A stretch of DNA of 24,000 bases from Methanomicrobiales archaeon (GCA_028678905.1 JAJRCO010000349.1:1-24000), one strand, 5' to 3'; shown: positions 1-9,141, counted from the stretch's first letter. The notes: generated by a model from the sequence alone, not told the origin. Translations and numbers: made by a program.

Positions 1-1
1 T

Positions 2-508
2 AGGAGCCCCTACCAGACAGTCTCTATCCCTCTGGGAGGTTTTCAGCTTCCTCTAGATTATCTTATCATCATCATCGTTACTGTCGGTATTATCTGTGGC
101 CTCTATCTGTTTCTGCGAAGAACAACGGTCGGAAGGGCTATCCGGGCAACAAGTCAGAACAGGAGGGGGGCAATGCTCGTAGGCATAGATGTGGAGCGGA
201 TGGATATGATCAGTTTTGGCATCGGTTCCGCTCTTGCTGCAGCGGCGGGAACTCTCTGGGTGGTAAGTGGTCAGGTATTCAATCCATACATCGGATCCAT
301 TCCTGCAATCAAGGCATTTGCTATCGTCATCCTGGGGGGCCTGGGGAGCATCCCCGGGGCTATCATTGCCGGCTTGTTGTACGGTCTTGCTGAAAACGGG
401 GCGGCATATTTCCTTGGCGGAGTCTGGAAGGATTCCATATCCTTTATCATCCTGATTGTTGTCCTCATCATCAGACCTACCGGGTTATTCGGGGAATCGG
501 GGGAGTAG
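2..508 (+). CDS. livH: Branched-chain amino acid ABC transporter permease, LivH/BraD type (5' end lies outside the window)
   Basis: The frame of the 173..508 ORF stays open back to base 2 with no stop, so the gene runs off the left edge. The translation ...LRRTTVGRAIRATSQNRRGAMLVGIDVERMDMISFGIGSALAAAAG...IIRPTGLFGE is a typical C-terminal half of LivH-family permeases. Stop TAG at 506-508. Confidence 0.85.
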   Translation, partial: RSPYQTVSIPLGGFQLPLDYLIIIIVTVGIICGLYLFLRRTTVGRAIRATSQNRRGAMLVGIDVERMDMISFGIGSALAAAAGTLWVVSGQVFNPYIGSIPAIKAFAIVILGGLGSIPGAIIAGLLYGLAENGAAYFLGGVWKDSISFIILIVVLIIRPTGLFGESGE

Positions 509-512
509 CTCG

Positions 513-1496
513 ATGCATTGGGAATCATTTCGACGGTTTGTGCTCCCTTTCATCTTTATCCTGGCGCTGGGAATACCCCTCCTTATAGGGGTGAATTTTT
601 TTCTCCTCAATATCCTGATCCTGATGCTCGTCTTCATCATATTTTCTTCTGCATGGAACCTGCTGACCTACTCAGGACAGGCGTCACTGGGTCATGCCGC
701 TTTTTTTGGGATCGGTGGATATGTCTCAACATTGCTGGTGGTGAAAATGGGAGTTCCTATCCAGGCAGGTATTGTTCTCAGTGGTTGTATCGCAGCAGCG
801 ATGGGATTATTCATCGGCATCACCTGTGTACGACTCAAGGAATGGTTTCTTGCTATGGTTACCTTCGGGTTTGCGATTATTACTGAGACCCTGATCGCCA
901 GCCCTCTGGCAGCATTTACGGGCGGCTGGGATGGATTGGGAACGCCGCATCTGATCAGTCATGAAATTCCCGGCTATATCGTCTTTGAATATTATCTGAT
1001 TCTTGCGGTTACTCTTGCTACCCTCATCGGCATCCATTACATACTAAAGTCACGGGCCGGTCTCGCATTTGCCGCGATCCGTGAAAATGAAGTAGAGGCA
1101 AGAGCAGCTGGCGTGGATCCGGTCAAGTATAAACTTCTGGCATTCACTATCAGCACATTTATTGCAGGAATCGCCGGAGCCCTGGAGATACATTACGTGG
1201 GATATATTACCCCAGAAATTTTCAGCCCACAGATCTCGTTCTGGCCCGTCACCTACTCCATCTTAGGGGGACTGGGGAATCTGTGGGGACCGGTGATAGG
1301 TACCGTCGTCCTCACCATCTTCTGGGAAGGCCTGAAAACGATCGGACTTACCTATGAACGATTCATTATCATCGGATTAATCCTCATCCTTTCCGTGATC
1401 TTCCTGCCGAAGGGGCTAATCTCCTTCCCCGAGGAGCTCAGGAAGAAAGTGAGGAAATATAAACATAAATCGCCTGATACCAGAAGTGACGTATAA
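513..1496 (+). CDS. livM: Branched-chain amino acid ABC transporter permease, LivM/BraE type
   Basis: ATG at 513 lies 4 nt after the livH stop and is preceded by GGGGGAG. The protein is multi-TM and hydrophobic, with GQASLGHAAFFGIGGY and AIRENEVEARAAGVD motifs characteristic of LivM. The 456 start in the ORF track would overlap livH and adds a non-hydrophobic leader, so 513 is preferred. Confidence 0.85.
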   Translation: MHWESFRRFVLPFIFILALGIPLLIGVNFFLLNILILMLVFIIFSSAWNLLTYSGQASLGHAAFFGIGGYVSTLLVVKMGVPIQAGIVLSGCIAAAMGLFIGITCVRLKEWFLAMVTFGFAIITETLIASPLAAFTGGWDGLGTPHLISHEIPGYIVFEYYLILAVTLATLIGIHYILKSRAGLAFAAIRENEVEARAAGVDPVKYKLLAFTISTFIAGIAGALEIHYVGYITPEIFSPQISFWPVTYSILGGLGNLWGPVIGTVVLTIFWEGLKTIGLTYERFIIIGLILILSVIFLPKGLISFPEELRKKVRKYKHKSPDTRSDV

Positions 1497-1510
1497 TTAC
1501 ATCAAATTGT

Positions 1511-1527
1511 TCTGATCTTTTTTCAGA
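1511..1527 (+). terminator. Short inverted repeat TCTGA-N7-TCAGA containing a T6 tract (1518-1523) between convergent livM and livF
   Basis: Read directly from the 26-nt convergent spacer. The stem is only 5 bp and overlaps the livF stop codon (1523-1525). The oligo-T fits archaeal-type termination of the + strand unit. Confidence 0.3.
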
Positions 1528-2218
1528 TTCCGAGGTATGCCCGTTGCACATGTTCATTGTGGTATAACTCCTTCGTCTTCCCCTCGAGAATTATCCTTCC
1601 ATTCTCCATAACATACCCTCTCTGGCAGAGATCGAGGGCATTCCGTATATTCTGTTCAAGAAGAAGGATGGTCATTCCTTCTCTACCAAGACGTTCCAGT
1701 GAACGAAAAACCTGACCAATTAAGAGAGGAGATAGACCGGTAGAGGGTTCATCAAGAACCAGTATCTTAGGGTTTGACATGAGTGCCCGACCTATCGCCA
1801 GCATCTGTTGCTCCCCGCCACTCAGTGTCCCCGCAAGCTGAATCTCCCGTTCCTTAAGAATAGGAAAGAGCGAGTGAATATCCTCCAGATCTTCCTCCCA
1901 GCCCGACCTGTCACCCTTACCCAGCCTCAGGTTTTCTAGCACTGTCATTTTAGGGAATATCTCTCGTTTTTCCGGTACCAGAGCAAGCCCCTTGCGGAAG
2001 ATCGCATGCGGGGGCAGCCCACGTATATTCTCTTCCAGGAAGTTGATGGTTCCCTCCACTTTGGGAATGAATCCAAAAATGCTCTCCACAAATGTAGTCT
2101 TTCCCGCTCCATTTGGTCCCAGAAGGGCTACAATCTCCCCCTTATCGATTCGCAGGTTGAGATCCCAGAGTATCTGGAGATTGCTTCGAAAGACATTCAG
2201 TCGTTCAATTTCCAGCAT
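1523..2218 (-). CDS. livF: Branched-chain amino acid ABC transporter ATP-binding protein, LivF type
   Basis: Walker A GPNGAGKTT, signature LSGGEQQMLAIGRAL, Walker B ILVLDEPSTGLSP and the C-terminal H..V..AYLG ending typical of LivF. Starts 11 nt after the livG stop. Confidence 0.9.
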   Translation of the reverse strand: MLEIERLNVFRSNLQILWDLNLRIDKGEIVALLGPNGAGKTTFVESIFGFIPKVEGTINFLEENIRGLPPHAIFRKGLALVPEKREIFPKMTVLENLRLGKGDRSGWEEDLEDIHSLFPILKEREIQLAGTLSGGEQQMLAIGRALMSNPKILVLDEPSTGLSPLLIGQVFRSLERLGREGMTILLLEQNIRNALDLCQRGYVMENGRIILEGKTKELYHNEHVQRAYLGI

Positions 2219-2229
2219 GTGGAGAATTC

Positions 2230-2958
2230 CTAGAATGCATCTATGTCGCCAAGATAGGTATCAATAACTCGCTGGTTGTTCATTACCTCGTAAGGTCTTC
2301 CTTCAGCAATTTTCTCGCCATGATCCAGAACCACAATCTTATCAGAAACGCCCGTGATGACCCGCATCACATGTTCGATGATGAGGATTGATATCCCTGC
2401 TTCCCGGATTTTCCGAATTAATTCGATTGCATCATTGCTCTCTTTTGGGGTCAGACCGGTGGTCAATTCATCCAATAAAAGGAGTTTTGGTTTGGAAGCG
2501 AGAGCACGAGCAAGCTGCACTCTTTTTAACTCCACCACGTTTAAGTTGCGGATCAGCATCTCCTGCTTTTCTTTCGCAACTCCAACAAAATCGAGGAGTT
2601 TTTCCGCTGCCTTCCTTCCCTCATCAAGGCTGACCGAGTGTGAATTCCCAAAGATTGCACCCACCATGACACTTTCATTTGCTGTCAATTCGGGGAAGAG
2701 ATGGGCATGCTGAAAGGTTTTGGCAATTCCCTTCCTACATATCTGCTCAGGTTTCCAGCCAGTGATATTCTCTCCCTTAAAGGTGATACGTCCTTGGGTA
2801 GGATGTGATAGCCCGGAGATAATGTTGAGGAGAGTGGTCTTTCCTGCGCCGTTTGGACCAACAAGACCAACGATCTTACCCTCTCCCACCATCAGATCGA
2901 CCCGATTTACGGCTAAAAGCCCTCCTATCTGTTTAGTTACTCCGGTGACCTCGAGCAT
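2230..2958 (-). CDS. livG: Branched-chain amino acid ABC transporter ATP-binding protein, LivG type
   Basis: Walker A GPNGAGKTT, Q-loop, Walker B LLLLDELTTGLTP, H-loop IIEHVM and the LivG-type ending VIDTYLG. Start set at ATG 2958 (MLEVTGVTKQIGG...), the usual LivG N-terminus. The 21-codon upstream extension in the ORF track is not family-like. Confidence 0.9.
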   Translation of the reverse strand: MLEVTGVTKQIGGLLAVNRVDLMVGEGKIVGLVGPNGAGKTTLLNIISGLSHPTQGRITFKGENITGWKPEQICRKGIAKTFQHAHLFPELTANESVMVGAIFGNSHSVSLDEGRKAAEKLLDFVGVAKEKQEMLIRNLNVVELKRVQLARALASKPKLLLLDELTTGLTPKESNDAIELIRKIREAGISILIIEHVMRVITGVSDKIVVLDHGEKIAEGRPYEVMNNQRVIDTYLGDIDAF

Positions 2959-2998
2959 TGTTACTCTGTCATTGATAGCACGGCTATTATTAGTATGG

Positions 2999-3010
2999 AA
3001 AAATATTAAA
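2999..3010 (-). promoter_or_regulatory. TATA-like box (minus strand TTTAATATTTTT) about 45 nt upstream of the livG start
   Basis: An AT-rich element in an AT-rich spacer between cooC and livG. This suggests livGF has its own promoter and is not simply the tail of the acs operon. Confidence 0.3.
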
Positions 3011-3167
3011 CGTATGGTCACTGCACGACAGTGTTAAATCGGATGGTAAATAGTCTCAGGAACATCGCACGTAGCGATCGGTTCGATTTCAACATATTTC
3101 ACATAATCTAATCGGAAATACTGCTCACGTTAAACATATGTCACTACCATGAATTTGGCTGGTCGAG

Positions 3168-3950
3168 TCACTCCTTCGACCCACTGCCTTTACACATTTC
3201 CCTGAGTTTCTCACTGATGTCCTGAACTGCCTTTTGCGCAAGACTCTTTTTTCCTATCTCTGCCAGAGGCGACCCCCTGATATCCGCGTCCTCCACGGCC
3301 GAATCTTCAGGAATGATCCCGAGCAATGGCAGGGTACTCCCCTCTGCCCTGTCTCCATCCGGTTTCACGCGGTTGAACACCAGATAGATCCGGTCTTGCT
3401 GAATCCCGATGGAAACGGCGAGATCCCGTATCCGTTCCGCTGTCCGCACTCCCCGGGCCGAGGGATCGCTCACCACCAGCAGCAGATCAGGCTGCCCGAC
3501 CGTCCTCCGGCTGATATGCTCCATCCCCGCTTCACTGTCCACCACCACCCAGCGGTACTCCTTCTCCAGGAGTTCCATTGCTGCGGACAGGAGCGTGTTG
3601 GCGAAACAGTAGCATCCCAGACCTTCCGGCCGGCCCATTGCCACCAGATCGAAGCCCTTCGACTCCACGAGCACCTGCCGGAACCGCAGCGCGATGTAGT
3701 CCTTGCGGGACATACCGGGAGGAATACTCCGGGTGAACGCATCCTCCCGCATGCCTCCGAGAGATTCTCTCATCGTTAACCCCAGCGCCTCATGGAGATT
3801 GGCATTGGGATCCGCATCCACCGCAAGAACGGGTGTTTCCTGCGCATCGACCAGTGCAGTGACCAGCAGGGCAGCAAGAGTGGTCTTTCCCGTCCCTCCT
3901 TTCCCGGATATCGCAATCCGGCAGGTCTTCAGAGGAACGCCTCCCTGCAT
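3168..3950 (-). CDS. cooC: CooC/AcsF-type Ni-insertion accessory ATPase (MinD/ParA-like P-loop NTPase)
   Basis: Deviant Walker A GKGGTGKTT near the N-terminus, and a CxC metal motif in EGLGCYCFAN as in CooC proteins. Last gene of the acs operon. Its ATG at 3950 overlaps the preceding gene by 22 nt. Confidence 0.85.
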   Translation of the reverse strand: MQGGVPLKTCRIAISGKGGTGKTTLAALLVTALVDAQETPVLAVDADPNANLHEALGLTMRESLGGMREDAFTRSIPPGMSRKDYIALRFRQVLVESKGFDLVAMGRPEGLGCYCFANTLLSAAMELLEKEYRWVVVDSEAGMEHISRRTVGQPDLLLVVSDPSARGVRTAERIRDLAVSIGIQQDRIYLVFNRVKPDGDRAEGSTLPLLGIIPEDSAVEDADIRGSPLAEIGKKSLAQKAVQDISEKLREMCKGSGSKE

Positions 3951-4963
3951 CGTTTAGCCAGAGCTGCCGTGGCCGCCAGAATCTCTTCTGCCATACCCTC
4001 ATCACCAAACTGGATACCACAGGTGGGGGTGATAAGAGACTGGCGATCGATTATTTCCGTATCGATATACTCCCCCAAGCGTGAGCGGATGGTGGTGATT
4101 CGCGCACACAGGGACTCGATAGACTCTCCCCGGAACACCGCATAATCGACCGGCACGATCCCCCAGGCGATGACACCCCCTTTTTCCAGGTAGGTCGCGA
4201 TCGCCTCACTATAGAGAAGGAACTCTCGGGCGAGGAGATAGGTGTCAAAAGAAAGGACCGCCGGTTCCAGGGCGAGAAGGAATTCCCAGTCGGTATTGGC
4301 ACAGCAGTGGATTCCGTATCCGTCTTCGAGCAGCGAGGCCGCATCGATGAGAGCGCCTGCCACGGCCTCTCGATCGAGGGGAACTACCGAGGATCCAAGA
4401 GAGGTGAGGTACGGTTCGTTGAACACTACCAGAGACGATCCGGCTGTGGTATGGCGATGAATTTCCTGTTCACACCACCGGGCCTGTAAGCCCAGGAGCT
4501 TTCCCAAGATATCTGCATACTGCATGTCATAAAAGATCGGCCGCTTGTCGCAATCGGTAACCTGCATCCCGAACGTCACCGGACCGGTCACCTGACACTT
4601 CAGCACCCGGGGATGATCGGGGGGATGCGCTAGCATTTCATAAAACGCCGAGGCATACTCCGGGCCGGTTCCGTACGAAGATGCATTGCCTTCCAGGAAA
4701 TCATGGTAGATCTGTTCGAGAGCGGAGGAGCAATCTTTCCGGGTGTCGACGAACAACCGCTCTCCGACCAGCGTTCTGCCCGGGAGGTGTGCGGAATTGT
4801 TGAACACGATCCTTTCCTGAAGCCCCCGACAGGGCAACGTGGGGACAAAGGGGAACTGAGGGAAGAGGGAAGAAGCTAGGCGCCAGGCTGCTGCGGGGTC
4901 GGTATGGGGGAGAGCCCCTATACCGGTGGCCAGGTATTTGGGAGGAGAGATCATCCGGGGCAT
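3929..4963 (-). CDS. MetE-fold (cobalamin-independent methionine synthase C-terminal domain-like) Zn-thiol methyltransferase-like protein, about 344 aa
   Basis: Collinear MetE-like blocks are present: ATGIGALPHT (cf. TTIGSFPQT), VTGPVTF (cf. LTGPVT), VVFNEPYL (cf. IQIDEPAL), IHCC (His/Cys codons 4301-4309; cf. H-x-C Zn ligands), LSFD (acidic ligand position, 4244-4246) and ITPTCGIQ (Cys codon 4019-4021; cf. NPDCGLK). Start chosen at ATG 4963, with GAGG 7 nt upstream and 2 nt after the RACo stop. ATG 4969 (ATGA overlap) or 4990 are alternatives. Confidence 0.65.
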   Translation of the reverse strand: MPRMISPPKYLATGIGALPHTDPAAAWRLASSLFPQFPFVPTLPCRGLQERIVFNNSAHLPGRTLVGERLFVDTRKDCSSALEQIYHDFLEGNASSYGTGPEYASAFYEMLAHPPDHPRVLKCQVTGPVTFGMQVTDCDKRPIFYDMQYADILGKLLGLQARWCEQEIHRHTTAGSSLVVFNEPYLTSLGSSVVPLDREAVAGALIDAASLLEDGYGIHCCANTDWEFLLALEPAVLSFDTYLLAREFLLYSEAIATYLEKGGVIAWGIVPVDYAVFRGESIESLCARITTIRSRLGEYIDTEIIDRQSLITPTCGIQFGDEGMAEEILAATAALAKRCREAFL

Positions 4964-4965
4964 GG

Positions 4966-6870
4966 TCATTCCTCTTTTCGTAACCGGCATTCAGCAAGCA
5001 TCTTTTCCACGGTAGGAAACAGGGACAGATCGGTGTGGGGAAGGAAACAGCTGGAGGTATACCGGTCCATGAACGTAGGGTCGGCATTCAGCTCGATATA
5101 CGCGATCTCGTGGGCGATGGTGTCCAGAGCGTTGCGCCGGTCCCGGTTGATAAGCGCGATGTTTGCTCCGGCGAGCGCCCCGTTGCCGATGGTCTCGATC
5201 CGATCTACCGGCACTTCTGGGATCAGACCGATGGTGATTGCGTTCAGCCGGTTCAGGTAGTTTCCAAACGCCCCGGCGAGATAGATCATCCCGATGTCGT
5301 CTTTATTGATCCCTGCCGCATCCATCAATGTGTAGCAGGCCGCAAGGATGGCAGCCTTGCTCATGATCAGGTTCTGGATATCATTCTCGGTGATGACGAT
5401 GTCTTTTCCGATCTCGGTATCATCTTTAGGCACCACCACGAATTCCGGGTAATACTCCCCTTGTCGAATACGGGGATTGGAGGAGGTGATGTCCAGTCGT
5501 CCGGTCCGGTCGATGAAACAGCTCCGCAGCAGCTCGGCCAGAAGATCGATCATCCCCGATCCGCAGATACCCCGGGGTTTGATCTGATTGATGGTCTCAT
5601 AATGGACCTGGAAAGGCCTGGTCTCGATGCGCACTTTCTCGATCGCACCTGGATTCGCCCGCATACCAAACAATACTTCGGCTCCTTCCAGCGCCGGCCC
5701 GGCCGCTCCGGCACAAGAGAACATCCAGTCCTTGTTTCCGAGCACTACCTCAAAGTTTGTTCCCATGTCCACGAGGAGGGAGACATCTTCCCGTTCGCCC
5801 ATTCCGCAGGTGAGGATATCTCCGACGACATCCCCACCGATAAAGTTCGAAACGGAAGGGAAGAAATACACACCCGCGGTGCGGTGTGCATCGAGGGAGA
5901 GATGCTCCGCCGTGGTATAAATGGATCGGCGGACTACCGGCACGTACGGTTCCGCAATCATGTATTCCGGATCGATCCCCAGGAGCAGGTGAGTCATGAC
6001 CGTATTTCCGGCGATCTCCAGTTCGAAAATATCATCCATATCGATCTTTGCCATGTTACAGGCGCTGTGAAGCGCCCGGTTGATGCTCTCCGCCGCGAGC
6101 TGCTGGAGGCGGGCCAGACCGCTTTTCCGGGCATAATTTACCCGAGAGAGGATGTCTTCACCAGTACCGATCTGACGATTATAGTTGGACGCCACGGCCA
6201 GGATAGCTCCATCGATCAGGCTGCGCACGGTGACCACGATGGTTGTGGTTCCCAGATCCACCGCCGCCCCATACAGCCGGGCCTGGGTGTCTCCTCCCTC
6301 TATATGGATGAGACGGTATCCCCCTGGCACGATCGCCACCGTTGCGGTTACCATCCAGTTATTTTCCCGCAGTGTGCGCGAAAGCTCACGAAGGATGGGG
6401 AGAGGGGCAAAGATCTTACGCACTGATGGCCCTCCCTGTTTTTCTATCCGCCACAGGAGCCGGGTGAGATCGGGAGAAGGATCCTCCAGGGTGGGTGGAC
6501 TCATCTCCACGTAATATTTGGTCACCGATGGAAGAACAGGAACATCTGCCGCTTTGCTTTCCATCAGAATCTTTTGTTCCTGGATGAGCGTGCTCTCCGG
6601 GATTTCGACATAAAGATCTCCCAGCACCAGGGTTTTGCAGGCGAGGCTTGCCCCCCGTTCGAGCTCCTCAGGAGTAAAGAACAGGGCGTATTTCTCCCGG
6701 TCAAACTCTGTCTCTCCGCTCTGGCGGTAGATCACGCATTTGCCACACTTCCCCTGTCCCCCGCAGACCACGTTCAGGTTCAGGTTCGCTTTCTGGGCCG
6801 CTTCTAGAACAGTGGTTCCTCTCTCAACCTCGACCTTTCGGTAACTGGGGAGAAATGTGACCACCGGCAT
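4966..6870 (-). CDS. RACo-type ATP-dependent reductive activator of corrinoid proteins (N-terminal 2Fe-2S ferredoxin domain plus ASKHA ATPase domain)
   Basis: The N-terminus has a plant-type ferredoxin cysteine pattern, VVCGGQGKCGKCV...SLACKT. This is followed by a long ASKHA-like body (AVDLGTTTIV..., VDMGTNFEVV, ICGSGMIDLL, IYLAGAFGNY). Size of 634 aa and the position next to acsC match corrinoid activators found in acs clusters. Confidence 0.85.
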   Translation of the reverse strand: MPVVTFLPSYRKVEVERGTTVLEAAQKANLNLNVVCGGQGKCGKCVIYRQSGETEFDREKYALFFTPEELERGASLACKTLVLGDLYVEIPESTLIQEQKILMESKAADVPVLPSVTKYYVEMSPPTLEDPSPDLTRLLWRIEKQGGPSVRKIFAPLPILRELSRTLRENNWMVTATVAIVPGGYRLIHIEGGDTQARLYGAAVDLGTTTIVVTVRSLIDGAILAVASNYNRQIGTGEDILSRVNYARKSGLARLQQLAAESINRALHSACNMAKIDMDDIFELEIAGNTVMTHLLLGIDPEYMIAEPYVPVVRRSIYTTAEHLSLDAHRTAGVYFFPSVSNFIGGDVVGDILTCGMGEREDVSLLVDMGTNFEVVLGNKDWMFSCAGAAGPALEGAEVLFGMRANPGAIEKVRIETRPFQVHYETINQIKPRGICGSGMIDLLAELLRSCFIDRTGRLDITSSNPRIRQGEYYPEFVVVPKDDTEIGKDIVITENDIQNLIMSKAAILAACYTLMDAAGINKDDIGMIYLAGAFGNYLNRLNAITIGLIPEVPVDRIETIGNGALAGANIALINRDRRNALDTIAHEIAYIELNADPTFMDRYTSSCFLPHTDLSLFPTVEKMLAECRLRKEE

Positions 6871-6873
6871 GAG

Positions 6874-8205
6874 TTATCCCATCTCCTTCTCCAGAAATTC
6901 AGGTAGGTCGGCGGCATCACGGGGTCCGACCATTACCTTCCAGCCGGTCATTTCCTCAACCCGGCCAGAGATGGGCGCCGCGTACCCGGGCAGCACAAGT
7001 GTGCGATGGCTTACTGCCTCTTCCGCTCCGAACTTTTTCAGTGATTCTCGGACCAGCGTCTCGTTCAATTTGCCCGCAGCCACCGCGGTCAGCACCGAGA
7101 GGCCTTCTGTATCCACCACCAGAAGATGGCAGGGGATCTTCGCTCCTTCGAGATATCCCAGAACAGTGAAATAGGTAAGGGAAAAATTTACTGTGATCAG
7201 GAGAGGTGACTCCCTGCCGGGACTGTTCACCGGGTATAGGCCTGGTGCCATCTGGATCGGCTTCTGAGGGTCGGTATAGATGTTCTGGCGGAGAGTGAGA
7301 AAGGCAAGTTTCCGGGAATACTCCAGGGGCCGGGTCACGATCAACGATCCGTACTTCAGGACGCCCAGCGCACAGGCAGCGTCCGGATCCGGATATGTGG
7401 TCGTGTCACAGTAGACCGGGTACCCGACCGCAGGCACCGTGCGTTCGATGGCCGCTTTTCGGATCTGGGTAGACAGGGCGAGGAACTCGCGGGGTGTGGT
7501 CGCTGCGGGATCCATCACCAGATCCTCCACCCCTTCCTGTACGCACTTTGTAGTAAGGTTGGCGAGGCCCTCCACTGATCCTGCGCGGACGGTGAGAGGA
7601 CATCCGAATTTCGTGGCGAGCCGGCAGAAAGAGGTATAATTTGCGTCTGTCGCCGCACAGAGGAGAGGGCGATAGGTTCCGCATTCGATGAGGCCAGCTT
7701 CGAGCACTTCAGGATGATCGGAGATCAGAATTTCCGGAAGGCTCACCATCTCTTCGATCGCGGCGACGGTCTTCTGGAACGTATCCGCGGCACCGGATAC
7801 ATTCCGGATGGCCACCCCGGATAGAAAGAGATCCTGACCCACCCGGGTGAACATCTCGTTCTCGATCTGCGCCGCAACGACCTTCACCTGTCCAGGGGAC
7901 CAGGTATCGGGAATCTCCACCATCAGGCCGGGGGGATGGTAGAAGGTCTTGTCATGCCGGAACAGGACCGTTTCTTCCCCTACCACCACCTTGCGGGGTC
8001 CCACCCCGATGCGCACCAGGCGGATAGGAGGTCGCGTGGCCGCTCCCAGTTTCTGCCGGGTCTCCTCATCAAGGTAGGGGCAGGTCGCGGGGTCTGCCTT
8101 ACCGGATGCAATCTTCATGGCAAACGCGAGACAGGTCGGGAAACCACATTCCTTGCAGTTCTTCTTGGGCAGGATCTTGTAGATATCCAGGGCTTTGAGC
8201 GCCAT
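6874..8205 (-). CDS. acsC: Corrinoid iron-sulfur protein large subunit (AcsC / CdhE gamma-type)
   Basis: N-terminal 4Fe-4S motif CKECGFPTCLAFAMKIASGKADPATC (C-x2-C-x4-C-x16-C). Length of 443 aa matches AcsC. Start set at ATG 8205, 1 nt after the acsD stop TAA (8207-8209), with GGGAGAAGGG upstream. The 8232 start in the track would overlap acsD. Confidence 0.9.
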   Translation of the reverse strand: MALKALDIYKILPKKNCKECGFPTCLAFAMKIASGKADPATCPYLDEETRQKLGAATRPPIRLVRIGVGPRKVVVGEETVLFRHDKTFYHPPGLMVEIPDTWSPGQVKVVAAQIENEMFTRVGQDLFLSGVAIRNVSGAADTFQKTVAAIEEMVSLPEILISDHPEVLEAGLIECGTYRPLLCAATDANYTSFCRLATKFGCPLTVRAGSVEGLANLTTKCVQEGVEDLVMDPAATTPREFLALSTQIRKAAIERTVPAVGYPVYCDTTTYPDPDAACALGVLKYGSLIVTRPLEYSRKLAFLTLRQNIYTDPQKPIQMAPGLYPVNSPGRESPLLITVNFSLTYFTVLGYLEGAKIPCHLLVVDTEGLSVLTAVAAGKLNETLVRESLKKFGAEEAVSHRTLVLPGYAAPISGRVEEMTGWKVMVGPRDAADLPEFLEKEMG

Positions 8206-8206
8206 T

Positions 8207-9130
8207 TTACCCTTCTCCCGCCAGATGCGCAAATCCTTTTTTCAATTTTTCCAGGGTGCGGGGATGACGCACACACACGATCTCCGCTCCGGCAACGGCT
8301 GCAGAGAATGCAGCGCAGAACTCCCACATCACCGCTGTTTCGTCCCGAACCTCCTGCGGGGCCTCCCGGACCTCCTTTATATTCAGAGAATCCGCCGCTG
8401 CACTGATCATGGGCATGGCCAGATCCGTATCTCCTTTCAGGGCGGCGGTGCGGATCCGCTCCATTACAGAATAAGAGTACTCAAAGCCGTACCCAAGCGC
8501 GCCAGTGAATGGGTCGATCACGATACGGTCATGGGGCATCCCGATCTCGTGGAGAAGGATGTTGAGTTGTTTCGCCAAGTTAATATCGATCGGTGATTGT
8601 GCGATAACCCCATGGCCGAATGCCACCGCCGCTGCGGCCACGCTGCGGTAGCGATCCGCTTCCGCGGTGCCGAGGAGCGCCCGTTCTCCCGCCGCCGCCT
8701 CTCCACAGGCAGAGAAGACCTCGCTATCCACAGAGGGCTCATTGCTCCCTTCGATAATGAGAGGAAGACCAGTTCCCTGGAGAACCGCCTCGATGGTGGT
8801 CCGCACCCCTCGAACATCTGAAAAGCCTCGTTTTCTGGTGCTGGTGAGATGAAGACGCACCAGATCTGCCCCGAATTCCTTTTCTGCCTTTTTCGCCCAC
8901 TCTCCCGCATCCCTGGTAACATCTCCTGTATAGGCCAGCACAATGGGCGACCAGCTACCAGTATCATCACAGATCTCCAGGGCGATAAGGGGCATTTCGC
9001 TCGCACCCTCCAGGAAAGGAAGATTCTTCGCTCCCCCCACCGTGCAGACGCGACTGCGAGTTCCTCCTTCCTGCTTTGTTGCACCGATATGCACTCGATC
9101 GATCTCCCCGCTCCAAGTCATCGGCTCCAA
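8207..9130 (-). CDS. acsD: Corrinoid iron-sulfur protein small subunit (AcsD / CdhD delta-type, short bacterial-length form)
   Basis: The N-terminus VHIGATKQEGGTRSRVCTVGG resembles the AcsD N-terminal block (LGATK..GGTRSH...VGG), followed by a TIM-barrel-like body. The start is ambiguous: TTG at 9130 (GGAG 8 nt upstream, overlapping the acsB stop) or ATG at 9121. Confidence 0.85.
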   Translation of the reverse strand: MEPMTWSGEIDRVHIGATKQEGGTRSRVCTVGGAKNLPFLEGASEMPLIALEICDDTGSWSPIVLAYTGDVTRDAGEWAKKAEKEFGADLVRLHLTSTRKRGFSDVRGVRTTIEAVLQGTGLPLIIEGSNEPSVDSEVFSACGEAAAGERALLGTAEADRYRSVAAAAVAFGHGVIAQSPIDINLAKQLNILLHEIGMPHDRIVIDPFTGALGYGFEYSYSVMERIRTAALKGDTDLAMPMISAAADSLNIKEVREAPQEVRDETAVMWEFCAAFSAAVAGAEIVCVRHPRTLEKLKKGFAHLAGEG

Positions 9131-9141
9131 ACCTATCTCTC

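Noticed and set aside
3022-3167. Small palindromes in the cooC-livG spacer (ATCGC-ACGTA-GCGAT near 3064-3078, CGATCG) and repeated TAAATCGG/TAATCGG words
   Set aside because: The arms are only 5-6 bp in an AT-rich spacer and are not positioned relative to any clear promoter element. They are indistinguishable from chance without comparative data.
5035-6426. 463-aa + strand ORF
   Set aside because: It is antisense to the RACo-type gene and has low-complexity Arg/Gly/His/Asp-rich composition with no motifs. Shadow ORF.
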